Notes under the pieces: model-generated | What the model was told of the DNA's origin: nothing | Seen by the model: the letters and a program-made list of their open reading frames with translations, nothing else | Databases searched by the model: none | Part shown: positions 26,007-36,771 of the stretch, one piece after another | How positions within the stretch are numbered: the stretch's first letter is position 1 | How the letters are laid out: each line of letters begins with the position of its first letter | NCBI GenBank assembly: GCA_046290225.1 | Contig: JBKAGE010000034.1 | Location: forward strand, 352,001-416,000 | From: Bradymonadia bacterium | GTDB lineage: Bacteria; Myxococcota_A; Bradymonadia; UBA7976; UBA1532 | DNA length: 64,000 bases | Reading direction: 5' to 3' | Program-made: the position numbers and the translations under genes

Positions 26007-26384
26007 ATGCTGTCGAACATACTCAATTTTCTGTTCAACATCCTGGTATGGGTCATCGTGAAGGTGGTGCAGGCGGCCATCCTGTTCCTGCCCCTGTTCA
26101 CGCTCTATGTCATCCTCATCGTCCTGTTCAGCGACACTGACCGCACCGTGGCGCTCAAGCTGGGCCGGGATTTGCCTCCTTCTACAATGGAAGCGAACCT
26201 CAAGGCGATGACTGGCCCCTTGTACCCCCTGGCCCGTTTCATCCTTTGGGGGATCATCGTCGGGCTCGCCTACTCATTCATCGCCGCCTTCGTCCGCGCA
26301 ATCAGGGGGTCCGGCCCTCACGAGGACGCCACAGCGTCTGATGTGCCTCAAGAACAACCCAACAAGCTGGACTCAGGGCTCTGA
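26007..26384 (+). CDS. Small membrane protein, hypothetical
   Basis: Two to three hydrophobic segments; start uncertain. Confidence 0.55.
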   Translation: MLSNILNFLFNILVWVIVKVVQAAILFLPLFTLYVILIVLFSDTDRTVALKLGRDLPPSTMEANLKAMTGPLYPLARFILWGIIVGLAYSFIAAFVRAIRGSGPHEDATASDVPQEQPNKLDSGL

Positions 26385-26605
26385 AGCCGTCCCGAGCCTT
26401 CAGGCTGCAGACTCTCAGACTTCGAATGTGCCGCAGGCCATCAGCTGTATTCTGGAACGCTGGAGTGCCCTTTGAAGGGGGCATCTCACCTCCAAAGCTC
26501 TGGGCTACAACGTACTGAAGAAGCTGAAGGTTTCGGAGGAGGGTGTAGCGACAAGGAGAGTATGAGGGATGGGAGTCAGTCGATGGGAGCCAAATCAGGC
26601 TGGGC

Positions 26606-27025
26606 CTAGTCGCAGGTGGGCTGGCTGTCGGACACATCAATCACGAGGCCACTGGACGCTTTGTCACGGCTCCAAACAGCCTTTACGCGTACCCATTTGT
26701 TGCGCTTCACGTTCTTTTTGGTCTTGCTGAAGCGCTTATTCTGAGCGCTGTTCTTGGCCACGATGAGCAAGTCGCACGCCCCCTTGCCCTCACCACGGCA
26801 CTTGATGGTGCCCGTATCATTCTTCGCCTTGAGCCGGAGGGTTTCCTTGGCGTAGGACCGGTTCGAGTCCCGCCCGTTGAAGCTCTGAACGCGCAGGTGA
26901 GCCTGGCCGTGGAGGCAGTTGAGCACGTTGATGCGCACTGCTGAAGAGCGCTTTGCAGATGCTGTCCCGGTGAATCCGAGAGTGAAGAGAGCAGCGAAAG
27001 CACAGAGCCAGAAGGTGTGGCGCAT
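26606..27025 (-). CDS. Small basic secreted protein with 4 Cys in the mature part, hypothetical
   Basis: AAGGA RBS, signal peptide ending ASA and a Lys/Arg-rich beta-type mature domain. Confidence 0.65.
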   Translation of the reverse strand: MRHTFWLCAFAALFTLGFTGTASAKRSSAVRINVLNCLHGQAHLRVQSFNGRDSNRSYAKETLRLKAKNDTGTIKCRGEGKGACDLLIVAKNSAQNKRFSKTKKNVKRNKWVRVKAVWSRDKASSGLVIDVSDSQPTCD

Positions 27026-27137
27026 GTATGTATCCTTGTGTGTCACCGAGAAAATCGTGGCGCCTTTGACGAAGCGCCAGTGAGTCCATTCAAAGTCATT
27101 TCGCTTTTCTGCGGAAGCAACTCGAGGCAGCTCCAGC

Positions 27138-27584
27138 TCAAGAAGGCTCGACTACGACTTCCGTCGTGATCGAGTTCGCAATGAAACACCCCCGATGCGC
27201 AGACGTATGCAGCCACTCAAGTTGCTCTTCGGACGGTTGTTCTCCGGAGAAAGCAACCTTGGGCCGAAGCACGATGCGGGTCACCGCGAGTCGCCCCTTG
27301 TCGTTCTTCCCGAGGGTCCCGACCGCGTCGTCTTCGTAGGCATCCACCACCCACCCCCTCTTCGAGGCGATGGCGAGTAAAGTCAGCATGTGGCAACTCG
27401 ACACTGCTGCAACCAGGGCTTCCTCCGGGTCCACGCGATCCGCATCTCCCAGGTACGTGGTGGCGGCAGATGCTGGCACCGTGATCCCTGCGTCGAAGCC
27501 CCAGGTGTGAGACCGGTTGTAGTTTTCGTACGCGAAACCTTCGGTCTCGCGAGTCCAGCGAATCACCGCAGTATGTTCAGACAT
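27138..27584 (-). CDS. OsmC/Ohr-family peroxiredoxin
   Basis: YNRSH.W.F, DPEEALVAAVSSCHMLT and AHRGCFIANS. Confidence 0.92.
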   Translation of the reverse strand: MSEHTAVIRWTRETEGFAYENYNRSHTWGFDAGITVPASAATTYLGDADRVDPEEALVAAVSSCHMLTLLAIASKRGWVVDAYEDDAVGTLGKNDKGRLAVTRIVLRPKVAFSGEQPSEEQLEWLHTSAHRGCFIANSITTEVVVEPS

Positions 27585-27940
27585 TGGCCCTCCAACAGGC
27601 GTCAGCGCTCCAGCCGCACCGGGGTTCCATCGAAAACGTCCTCCGAGAGCTCAGGCTGCATCTACAGGTCCGTGACTCCTCATTGGAGTTCCGCATAAAA
27701 CGGCGCCCGTGGCCAGAGACGCGATGCTCTTCGGACAAAGTAAATCGCCCCCGCTGGTCCTCACCATCTCTCGGCGCCCCATCGCAGCTCGGCACAGCAT
27801 GCTCGCCCACATGCCGACGATTTAAGCGGAACCACGTGGGTTGAGTTCGACTGAACCACACAGCCCTCTCTACAATCCGCCGCTCAATCGCCAGCGATTC
27901 ATTTCATGGCGTTTTGGCAGTGCTCGAGATGAGGCATCCC

Positions 27941-29293
27941 ATGACCCGCACCTTCCTTCTGCTGTCGCTCTCCCTGCTCGCCGCTTGCGACACGGAGACC
28001 CCATCGACAGAGAGCATTCAGGACGCGCAGGCACCCGGCCCAGGTGCTCTGGATGCTGCGATCACCGACCTGTCATTTGCTCAGGACGATGCGCTTACAC
28101 CTGAGGTGTCGCTCGTAGCAGATGCTGCTGTCGTGGAAGGCGATGCCGACGTGGAGGACGGCCTTACCCCGGACGCCGATGTGCCTCCTGAGATACCTCG
28201 CCCTGACGATCCAACGCCTCCGGACTACCTGCGTGTCCCCGACGACGCGCTCGTCATCGACTCGACGTTGTCGTGTGCAGAGGCACCGATCATCGAAGCC
28301 CCTGCCACGCTCTTCGTCCCCGGACAGCCGGAGAAATCGCCATTTGTGCGTTTGAGCGCGCCGCCGCAGACTGCCATCGGCGTCTACTTCACCCGTGGGC
28401 GTACTGAAGACGCGCTGCCCACTCTGCAGGGGATCGGGGCCTCTCCGGTCGCCTGCCATCAATGCCGGGACTTCGACCGTGACGGGTTCACCTGCCAGAG
28501 CCCGGGGATCCCACCCCAACGTTTCTACCAGGAACAATACTGGTCCACTGGCAACCCGTTGTTCGTCAATGACACTGACAGCCCGATGGAGGCGGCGCTC
28601 TCTCTGGGGCCTGGAGGCGGTGTGTTCACCCTCGTCGAGTTCCCTGTCGCGCCACCGTTCCCGGACGATGCCTGCGACGATGGCGGTCAGCTCGACCTGC
28701 CTTCGAACATGGCCTTCACAGCCCTGCCACCATGTGCAGCGATCACCATCGCCTCGCGCACTCGAGCCCAACCCTTCGGCATTACCTACCGTCTCCCCGA
28801 TGTGTGGGGGCAACTCAACGACATTGAGCGCGTTCACCCTGTCGAAGGTGTGCCCTTCGCATGGCGTGAGATCCCCCTGCCCCCGTCCAGCGCCTGTGAC
28901 ACCGCGCCTGTGCTCGAGCCAGGCCAGCTTGAGCACGCTCGCGTTGATTTGGAGCCTTGGGAGGGAGGCGGTCTGTGCCAGTTCGACGACACCGCCAGGG
29001 GGACGGGTTACTTCCGCATCGTGATTCCGCCCAGTACCCGAGCTCACCTCACGTCGATCTCTGCGGTGGTGGCGGATGGCGGTGGATACCCCGTCATGGT
29101 GATTGCTGATCAGTGTGATCCCGAAACCCGGTGTGACGCCGAGCATGCCCCACCTACTTGGACCGATCCCTTGCGGGTCACCTTGGAGAACCCTGGAGAG
29201 ACGCCAGTCGAACACATCATCGGATTGATGCAGGGTGGAGTGGGCTACGAGGGCAACACGGTGGAGGTCTGGATGGCCACGGAGTCACTGTGA
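27941..29293 (+). CDS. Cys-containing acidic lipoprotein, hypothetical
   Basis: Lipobox LAAC and an acidic Pro-rich linker followed by beta-rich domains. Confidence 0.65.
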   Translation: MTRTFLLLSLSLLAACDTETPSTESIQDAQAPGPGALDAAITDLSFAQDDALTPEVSLVADAAVVEGDADVEDGLTPDADVPPEIPRPDDPTPPDYLRVPDDALVIDSTLSCAEAPIIEAPATLFVPGQPEKSPFVRLSAPPQTAIGVYFTRGRTEDALPTLQGIGASPVACHQCRDFDRDGFTCQSPGIPPQRFYQEQYWSTGNPLFVNDTDSPMEAALSLGPGGGVFTLVEFPVAPPFPDDACDDGGQLDLPSNMAFTALPPCAAITIASRTRAQPFGITYRLPDVWGQLNDIERVHPVEGVPFAWREIPLPPSSACDTAPVLEPGQLEHARVDLEPWEGGGLCQFDDTARGTGYFRIVIPPSTRAHLTSISAVVADGGGYPVMVIADQCDPETRCDAEHAPPTWTDPLRVTLENPGETPVEHIIGLMQGGVGYEGNTVEVWMATESL

Positions 29294-29434
29294 TCTCAGA
29301 GCCATACGGGGCCTGACTCGGGCAACCTGCTCACATGCCCCCGCTGTGGTGCGCACATGGCTCGATTCGAACACTCGACTTCGGCCTCAGGCTGATCAAT
29401 AAGAGCCCGAGCCCTCGGAGTCCGGAGTCTGCCC

Positions 29435-30100
29435 ATGCACCACCTGCCCCACCTGCCTGGTTGGATCGAAGTCGTCTGCGGCAGCATGTTCTCCGGCAAG
29501 ACCGAAGAGCTGATCCGCCGGCTGCGCCGCGCCGTGTACGCCCACCAGAAGGTGCAGGTCTTCAAGCCTCGTGTGGATACTCGCTACGACGACACCGCCG
29601 TGGTGAGTCACAACGATGCTCGGGTGGAAGCAGAGCCCGTCGACCACGCCAACGCCATCCCGGGGCTGGTTCGGCCCGATACCTCGGTGGTCGGCGTCGA
29701 CGAGGCCCAGTTCTTCGACGAGAGCCTCGTGGCGGTGGTGAACCAGCTCGCCGACAAGGGCCTGCGGGTCATCTGCGCCGGCCTCGACATGGACTACCTC
29801 GGGCAACCCTTCGAGCCCATGCCCCAGCTTATGGCCATCGCTGAGTACGTCACCAAGACCCGGGCCATCTGCACCGTGTGTGGTCAACCCGCGAGCCGCT
29901 CGCAGCGGCTCACCGCCAGCGAGAGTCAGGTGGAGCTCGGCGCCCACGATTCGTACGAGGCGCGCTGCCGTCATCATCATCACGACGGCGCAGGCATGCC
30001 CGAGCAGCAGCCTCTGCCCATGTCACTTCCCGACCTGGGGCCTCGACACGGCCCCGTCCCCGAACAGATCCCATTGCGTTTGAAGAACGGAGGCCGCTGA
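29435..30100 (+). CDS. tdk: Thymidine kinase
   Basis: [32 protein letters not shown], a CxxC zinc site and YEARCR. Confidence 0.97.
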   Translation: MHHLPHLPGWIEVVCGSMFSGKTEELIRRLRRAVYAHQKVQVFKPRVDTRYDDTAVVSHNDARVEAEPVDHANAIPGLVRPDTSVVGVDEAQFFDESLVAVVNQLADKGLRVICAGLDMDYLGQPFEPMPQLMAIAEYVTKTRAICTVCGQPASRSQRLTASESQVELGAHDSYEARCRHHHHDGAGMPEQQPLPMSLPDLGPRHGPVPEQIPLRLKNGGR

Positions 30101-30101
30101 C

Positions 30102-30647
30102 ATGGACTTCTACAACAAGAGCTACCGCATCGAGACCATGCTCACCGAGGCCCAGCTCGACGAGCGTATCCAGGCCCTCGGCGCGCAGATCACCGAAGAG
30201 TATCGCGATCGCGGCACGGTGGTGCTCGTGGGGGTGCTCCGGGGCAGCTTCATGTTCATCGCCGATCTGGTCCGGGCCATCGATCTGCCCATCGAGGTGG
30301 ATTTCATCGGGGTCTCTTCCTACGGCGACGCTCAGTCCTCCTCTGGCGTGGTCCGGCTCACCCAGGATCTGACCCGCCCCGTGGAAGACAAGCACGTGCT
30401 CCTTGTGGAAGACATCGTCGACACCGGGCTGACCATCGACTACCTCATGGCCAACCTCGCCACCCGTCGACCGGCGTCGATCAAGGTGTGCACCTTGCTC
30501 CACAAGCCCGACAACAAGAAGATCGAGGTGCCGCTCGACTATGTGGGCTTCGAAATCGAGAACAAATTCGTGGTGGGTTATGGCCTCGATCACTCCGCCA
30601 AATTGCGCAACCTCCCCTTCATCGGGGTGGTCACTGGCACGCCCTGA
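30102..30647 (+). CDS. hpt: Hypoxanthine phosphoribosyltransferase
   Basis: VLRGSFMF.ADL, VLLVEDIVDTGLT and FVVGYGLD...RNLP. Confidence 0.97.
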   Translation: MDFYNKSYRIETMLTEAQLDERIQALGAQITEEYRDRGTVVLVGVLRGSFMFIADLVRAIDLPIEVDFIGVSSYGDAQSSSGVVRLTQDLTRPVEDKHVLLVEDIVDTGLTIDYLMANLATRRPASIKVCTLLHKPDNKKIEVPLDYVGFEIENKFVVGYGLDHSAKLRNLPFIGVVTGTP

Positions 30648-32856
30648 AGCACGCCTCTGGGTGCTCGCCGCCCTGTTGTGCCTCTCGGGCTGTGGCGACA
30701 AGCCCGCCAAAAATGGCGCTGACGATGGCCATGCGTCGAAGGATGCTGTGGCGACACCGTCTCCGCAAACGCCCCCTGTCGAGCCCAACCCACCGCCACC
30801 ACCCGATGTAGACTGGCTCGCGGTAAGCCGCGCAGACGACACCTGCGCCGATTGCCATCCTGCCATTGCAGAGTCGTGGGCCAGACAGCCCATGGGGCGC
30901 AGCTGGTCCGTCGTCACCCCGACCAGCGTCGAGGGCGCCCAGCTGCCTGCCACGGTGAGACACCCCATCACGCACGAGACCTTCACCTTGCGTCTCGAAG
31001 GCGGCTCTCTGCTCTTCGAAGATGGCCATGGCCCTCCGCTCGAAGCGGTACAGATCGTCGGCAGCGGCGCCCACACACGCTCGTTCGTCGCCGAAGCTGA
31101 TGGCGTCATGCGAATTCTGCCCATCACGGAATATGCCGGGAAAGGCTTCGCCCTCAGCCCCGGATATGAGGTGCCAGATCATCCGGGTGCAAGCCGTCGC
31201 GTCACGGACGATTGTCTCAACTGCCACGCCGACCAATTGCCTGTGGTGAAAGGCACACGGGACCGCTTCGCGTCGATGCCGGCCACCGCCATCGGCTGCA
31301 GTCGCTGCCATGGCGACGCCCGGGCCCATGCCAAGGCACAGACTGATGGTCAGCCCGATCCTGGCGTGCGATCTCCGGCGAAGATGCCCCCTGAGCGCGC
31401 CGCCGATGTCTGTGGTGCGTGCCATCTACAGGGACAGGTGCGGGTGCTGAGGGCGGGCCGTCGCTGGGACCATCATCGACCCGGTGCAGCTCTGAGCGAC
31501 ACCCTCGCGGTCTTTGACCGCACCCAGAGTGGCGAGGCCTTCAACATCGCCAGCCAGGCAGAGCGTCTGGGTCGAAGCCGCTGCGCCCAGGTGACGGGGC
31601 CCAGCCTCAACTGCACCACATGCCATGCCCCCCACCCTACTGAGGCTCAGCCTGATCGGTCTGCTCCGTGTCGGTCGTGCCATGTAGCCCCTGAGCGGGC
31701 GAAGTGCACCGCACCTGAGGGTCAGCGCGCAGAGGCAGATTGCGCCCAGTGCCACATGCCCAAAGGCAACACGGCTGACGTGATGCACGTGCAGATGACA
31801 GATCACTTCATCCGCAAGCGCCCTGGTCAGATACCGCCCCCTCCGAAAGATGGCCCGCTCCTCTGGCTCAACCGCCCCAGTGACATCGCAGAGGATTCGG
31901 GGACGGCCCAGAGGCTGCTCGGACGTGCGTATGCCGAAGCGCACAGACTGTATGGCCGGCCCAAGGACCGTGCCCGGGCCCTCGCCGTGCTTCAGAAACA
32001 TCTGCGCCCAGGTGCGGACCCCGACGGCTGGTTCGATCTCGCCTCCATGGCCCGACTCGGGGGTGATCTCGCCGGGGCACGCACGGCCATGACCGAAGCG
32101 CTGAAGCGTGAGACCCCCTCGGCAGATGTCTACGGGGCAGCAGCAGACATCGCCCTCGCCTCGGGCGACGCCACAGGCGCCCTCACCCACCTCGAAGCGT
32201 CGCTGGCCCTGGCACCCCACGACGTCGATCGATGGACCCGCAAGGCCATGGCGCAGCTGGCTCTGGGGCAGCTCGACGCCGCGAAGGCCACCCTTGACCA
32301 CGCACAAACGCTCGACCCGCGCGATCCGACGCCCCTCATCGCCCGAGGGGCCGTGGCCCGCCTGCAGGGCAACCTCACCGAGGCCATCGCCCACTTCGAG
32401 GCCGCTGTGGCGTTGCGGCCAGGGCACGTACAGGGGTGGCTCGATCTCTGCCGGGCCCAGCTCGACGGGCGCGCCGCAGCGGCGACGCGGAACTGTGCCC
32501 GTGGATCAGGCCTCGGCCGTGGCCCTGGAGCCAAGGCGCGCTTCGATGGGGCCTTCGCCCGGGTGAGCCTCAACGAGGGCAACACCCGCAAAGCGAAGAT
32601 GTTGGCGCTGAGGACCATGGTGGCCGATCAGTTCAACGCCGACGCCCAGATGGTGGCGGGGGTCCTCGCTGCGGAAGCTGGAGATGTGGCTGCCGGTCGG
32701 CAGGCCCTCGAGAAGGCCGTGTCCATCGATCCGGTCATGGCAGAGGGGTGGTGGCATCTGAGCAAGGTCAGAGCCCAAGGGGGGGACACCGCTGGGGCGA
32801 CTCAGGCGAGAGATCGAGCCCTCGCACTGGGCTATCCAGCCACCAGCGAGCCGTAA
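30634..32856 (+). CDS. Multiheme c-type cytochrome lipoprotein with C-terminal TPR repeats
   Basis: Lipobox LSGC and seven CxxCH motifs (CADCH, CLNCH, CSRCH, CGACH, CTTCH, CRSCH, CAQCH), TDHFIRK, then TPRs. Start uncertain. Confidence 0.85.
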   Translation: MARPEARLWVLAALLCLSGCGDKPAKNGADDGHASKDAVATPSPQTPPVEPNPPPPPDVDWLAVSRADDTCADCHPAIAESWARQPMGRSWSVVTPTSVEGAQLPATVRHPITHETFTLRLEGGSLLFEDGHGPPLEAVQIVGSGAHTRSFVAEADGVMRILPITEYAGKGFALSPGYEVPDHPGASRRVTDDCLNCHADQLPVVKGTRDRFASMPATAIGCSRCHGDARAHAKAQTDGQPDPGVRSPAKMPPERAADVCGACHLQGQVRVLRAGRRWDHHRPGAALSDTLAVFDRTQSGEAFNIASQAERLGRSRCAQVTGPSLNCTTCHAPHPTEAQPDRSAPCRSCHVAPERAKCTAPEGQRAEADCAQCHMPKGNTADVMHVQMTDHFIRKRPGQIPPPPKDGPLLWLNRPSDIAEDSGTAQRLLGRAYAEAHRLYGRPKDRARALAVLQKHLRPGADPDGWFDLASMARLGGDLAGARTAMTEALKRETPSADVYGAAADIALASGDATGALTHLEASLALAPHDVDRWTRKAMAQLALGQLDAAKATLDHAQTLDPRDPTPLIARGAVARLQGNLTEAIAHFEAAVALRPGHVQGWLDLCRAQLDGRAAAATRNCARGSGLGRGPGAKARFDGAFARVSLNEGNTRKAKMLALRTMVADQFNADAQMVAGVLAAEAGDVAAGRQALEKAVSIDPVMAEGWWHLSKVRAQGGDTAGATQARDRALALGYPATSEP

Positions 32857-32876
32857 TTCATCTTCGCAGCAGGTGC

Positions 32877-34859
32877 TCAGGTGGTTGCAGGTGCCTGCTC
32901 CGCCGTCATGTACTGCTTGGCCAGCTGGAGCGCCTCCACCGCCGCTTGGGGCTGCTGCAATCTCAGGAACAGCTTGGCGAGGTGGGCCCAGAAGCTCGAG
33001 TCGGTGCAGCCCGCCTGGGCCACCCTCTCGTACCACCGCAAGGCCTCCATGTCCTCGTTGGCCTCTTCGGCGATTTGCCCGATGGCGAGGCAGAGCGACT
33101 CTGACTCGCGGACCGCCTCGTGGGCCTCGTACAGACCCGTGAGCAGATCATAGGCGCCTTGCAGGCCTTGCGCTTGCTTGATCATCGCCGCCACCTGTAC
33201 GGCCACGTCCACCTCTGAGGGCCGCACGGCGATGTAGCGATGTACGTGGCCAGGGGCCTCGTTCAGGTGACCGAGATTGCAGCCCAGCTCCACGAGGCGC
33301 GCTCTGACGACGACGTCTTCCTCACGGCCATCGCCGGGCATCGTCTCCACGATCTCGTTGTAGAGGGCATAGGCCTCGGCCCACTTCTCCTCCTCGAATT
33401 CGATGTCGCCGAGCAGCTTCTTCGCCCGCCATTGCTGAATGGCCGGATCGTGGATCGCCAGCAGGTTGTAGCCGTCCATCTTCACCGCGAGAGAGCGCTG
33501 AAGGTTGCGTCGGGCCATCTCCAACTGGCCCTCGCCGATGTGGCCGTAGGCGGAGTGGTACCAGAGATCTACATTGTCGGGCCATCGAGTCAGGGCCCTG
33601 TCGGCCACCTCGATGGCCTCCGCCGAGCGCCCCTCACCAGTGAGCGATCGCACGAGGCCCACATAACTGTAGGGCACGGGCATGTGTCGGACTGCTGGCG
33701 GGTGGGCACCGGGATCCCGCTCGAACAACCTCACCACCTGACTGAAAGCCTCACGGGCCCGATCCACTCGACCAGCCACCCAGTGTTGGGAGCCGAGGTA
33801 GAAGTGGGTCATCAGGTCGTCAGGGCGCTCGGCGAGGCGGGCCTCGAGCAGCTCGATGTTCCGCTCGTCCTTGGCCTTCTCCTTCATGACCTCCGGATCA
33901 GCACCATAGTGGTCGAGGATGAGATCCAGCCGGAAGTCGAGGGAGGTCTGCAGTGCAGTGCCCACCTCTTCGTGCACCCGGCCGGTGAAACGCATGCCCT
34001 CGACGTTGCGGAACAGCCGCCCGGAGAAGCCTTCTCCCATGAAGGTGCCGTCCCGAGTGAAGTTCCGAAGCCTCGGACAGACGATGAGATGCTGCGGGCC
34101 ACCGGCCTCGAGGATGGACTTGAGCACGCTCCGAGACTCCGGCGCGAGACGCTCGTCGCAGTCGAGACAGAGGATCCAGTCGGATTCGGCCATGTCCAGC
34201 GAGGCGTTCCGGGCGGTGGAGAAGCTGCCGTCCCAGGGGTAGTAGCCCACCTTCACGCCGAGGGCTTCGCAGATGGCCACGGTGTCGTCGGTGCTCCCAG
34301 TGTCCACCACGATGATCTCGTCGGCCACCCCCTGCACCGACTCGATGGCGCCTGCGATGAACTCGGCCTCGTCTTTGGCGATCATGCACACCGCCAGCGT
34401 GGGCCTCTGCGCCCGCCGAGCGGCCTTCACCGTCTCTTGCACCACACGATGTACGTGCTTGGGGGCCGATTTGGAGCGGCCCAGCATCTGCCGGGCGTTC
34501 TTCTGGCTCTCCTTCGCCGCGGTGTACTCCGGATCAAGCCAAAGGCAATGCTCGAAGAGGGTGAGCGCCTCTGCGGCGTGCTGGCGGTTGAACAGCGCCA
34601 CGCCGAGCAGATTGCACAGGTGGATGTTTCGCGGATGCTCGGTGAGGACCGGCGTGAGCAGCTCGATGACGTCCTTGTCCCGACCGAGGTCGAGCAGGTT
34701 CACCGAGGCATGGCCGAGGATCGTGGCGTTGCCGGGCTCGAGCTCGAGGGCCTGCTTCCAGAGGGGCTGCGCCCGCTCCGGGGCCGAGGCCCGCATGGCG
34801 ATGGACTTCAGATACTCAGCGGACTGAGGATCTCGAACGGTGGCGATCTTGAAGGGCAT
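32877..34859 (-). CDS. GT2 glycosyltransferase with TPR repeats
   Basis: CMIAKDEAEFI, VVDTGSTDDT, FSTARNASL, LCLDCDE and FTGRVHE, flanked by TPRs. Confidence 0.9.
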   Translation of the reverse strand: MPFKIATVRDPQSAEYLKSIAMRASAPERAQPLWKQALELEPGNATILGHASVNLLDLGRDKDVIELLTPVLTEHPRNIHLCNLLGVALFNRQHAAEALTLFEHCLWLDPEYTAAKESQKNARQMLGRSKSAPKHVHRVVQETVKAARRAQRPTLAVCMIAKDEAEFIAGAIESVQGVADEIIVVDTGSTDDTVAICEALGVKVGYYPWDGSFSTARNASLDMAESDWILCLDCDERLAPESRSVLKSILEAGGPQHLIVCPRLRNFTRDGTFMGEGFSGRLFRNVEGMRFTGRVHEEVGTALQTSLDFRLDLILDHYGADPEVMKEKAKDERNIELLEARLAERPDDLMTHFYLGSQHWVAGRVDRAREAFSQVVRLFERDPGAHPPAVRHMPVPYSYVGLVRSLTGEGRSAEAIEVADRALTRWPDNVDLWYHSAYGHIGEGQLEMARRNLQRSLAVKMDGYNLLAIHDPAIQQWRAKKLLGDIEFEEEKWAEAYALYNEIVETMPGDGREEDVVVRARLVELGCNLGHLNEAPGHVHRYIAVRPSEVDVAVQVAAMIKQAQGLQGAYDLLTGLYEAHEAVRESESLCLAIGQIAEEANEDMEALRWYERVAQAGCTDSSFWAHLAKLFLRLQQPQAAVEALQLAKQYMTAEQAPATT

Positions 34860-35010
34860 GCAGGCCTCTCGGGCGTAGACAGACTCGCACGATAGAACGG
34901 CGCAACGACCCCCACGACTTGAGGCAGATCGAACAGAGAGAGGCTGGCTGTTTTCCTTGAGGCCCAGTGGGGTTATCCTCCCGGGGCACTCTGACCGCCA
35001 AAGGCCCCTC

Positions 35011-36771
35011 TTGAGCCAGCGACCCGTCCCTTTTGGCAAATATCTGCTCCTCGAGCGCATCAGCGTCGGCGGCATGGCCGAGGTCTTCAAGGCCCGTACG
35101 TTCGGTGTGCAGGGCTTCAGCAAGCTGGTGGCCATCAAGAAGATCCTGCCGCACCTCGCCGAAGATGAGCAGTTCGTCGACATGTTCATCGCCGAAGCCA
35201 AGATGGCGGTGCAGCTCACCCACACCAACATCGCCCAGATCTACGATCTCGGCTGCATCGACAACGATCACTACATCGCCATGGAGTACGTGAGCGGCCG
35301 TGATCTGCTGTCGCTGCACAACCACTTCCGCAAGACCGGCCGCAAGCTGCCTGTAGAGCTGGTGGCCTACATCGGCGCCCGCATCGCCGAGGGCCTCGAT
35401 TACGCCCACAACAAGAAGGGTGCCGATGGCCGGCCGATGAACCTCGTGCACCGGGACATCAGCCCCCAGAACGTGCTCATCAGCTACGACGGCGCGGTGA
35501 AGTTGATCGACTTCGGCATCGCCAAGGGCAGCCTGCAAGGTCGCCAGCAGACCCAGGCGGGGGTGCTCAAGGGCAAGTTCGGCTATATGAGCCCCGAGCT
35601 CGTCACCGGCCAGGAGATCGACCACCGCAGCGACATCTTCGCCCTGGGCACGGTGCTCTACGAGCTGCTCACCAGCGAGCGGCTGTTCCTCGGCGAGTCC
35701 GACTTTGCCACTCTGGAACAAATCAAAACCTGCGATATTCCCCCGCCCAGCGTTCGATCCCCTGAGGTGTCCCCGGCCCTCGACGACATCTTGATGAAGG
35801 CCCTCACTCGAGATCCGAACGATCGTTACAGCCGGGCCGCGGAGATGTCCGAGGCCTTTGAGCGGATGCTCCGAGAGGTGGGCCACCATCACCCCATGAA
35901 GGCCCTCGGGCACTGGATGCAGACCAGCTTTCGCGAAGAGCGGGCCAAAGAGGTCAGCCGCAACGAAGCCTGGATGCGCATGGAGATGTACCCGGACGAC
36001 GAGGAGGAAGAAGAGACCTCGCTCTGGGACGACGCCCCCGACGTCGCCGCCGCAGCCAACCCTGAGAAGCCCACCTGGCTCTCACCAGAGGAAGCGCCGG
36101 CGCCGAACCTGCCCCTCGTGGGGACCCAGGTCGGCGACGATCCCATGGCCCTGCCCAACGCGCCGACCCCCACTCCAGATCCGCCTCCTCGGCCCATCAC
36201 CATCGATCACGCCCCCCGAGGGCAGCGGCGCCTCTTTCTGGTGGCCTCGGCCCTCGTGGTGATGGTGCTCACCGGTGTGGTGGTGGGCTGGCTGGTCCTC
36301 GAGCCCGCCCCCCCCAAGGCAAAGTCGGGGCTGGTGTTGCACATCGAACCCCCCGAAGGGGTCTCGATCTTCGTCGACAACACGCTCGCGGGCGAGGGCA
36401 GTCCATTCATCCAGAAGGGCTGGGCGCCTGGGGCCTACGCCGTGCGGGTAGAGCGCAGCGGGTACACTGCATGGAGGCGTCGATTCCTGCTCAAGCCCGG
36501 GGAGTTCGCCGAAGAGCGTGTGGTGCTCAAGCCCACCGCAGGCCTGCCGGGCAAGATCCGGTTCGTCACCGAGCCTGACGACGCACAGATCCTCATCGAT
36601 GGACGACCGCTCCGTATCGATCAACGGTATGGATATGTGAGCCTCGACAGCAGCCACCCCAGCACCATCGAGATCAGAAAAACAGGCTACCTGCCCTACC
36701 GGGAGCAGCTCACACCAGAGCCTGGGGGCAAACAGACCCGAACCTTCAGGCTCGAGCCCGCTCAGCCCTGA
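35011..36771 (+). CDS. Membrane Ser/Thr protein kinase with PEGA domains
   Basis: FGKYLLLERISVGGMAEVF, HRDISPQN, DFG and KGKFGYMSPE, then a TM and two PEGA-like domains. Confidence 0.94.
   Translation: MSQRPVPFGKYLLLERISVGGMAEVFKARTFGVQGFSKLVAIKKILPHLAEDEQFVDMFIAEAKMAVQLTHTNIAQIYDLGCIDNDHYIAMEYVSGRDLLSLHNHFRKTGRKLPVELVAYIGARIAEGLDYAHNKKGADGRPMNLVHRDISPQNVLISYDGAVKLIDFGIAKGSLQGRQQTQAGVLKGKFGYMSPELVTGQEIDHRSDIFALGTVLYELLTSERLFLGESDFATLEQIKTCDIPPPSVRSPEVSPALDDILMKALTRDPNDRYSRAAEMSEAFERMLREVGHHHPMKALGHWMQTSFREERAKEVSRNEAWMRMEMYPDDEEEEETSLWDDAPDVAAAANPEKPTWLSPEEAPAPNLPLVGTQVGDDPMALPNAPTPTPDPPPRPITIDHAPRGQRRLFLVASALVVMVLTGVVVGWLVLEPAPPKAKSGLVLHIEPPEGVSIFVDNTLAGEGSPFIQKGWAPGAYAVRVERSGYTAWRRRFLLKPGEFAEERVVLKPTAGLPGKIRFVTEPDDAQILIDGRPLRIDQRYGYVSLDSSHPSTIEIRKTGYLPYREQLTPEPGGKQTRTFRLEPAQP

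Noticed and set aside
23100..29400. Prophage or integrative element at the tRNA-Pro genes
   Set aside because: No integrase, phage genes or distal duplicated tRNA 3' end were found in the window.
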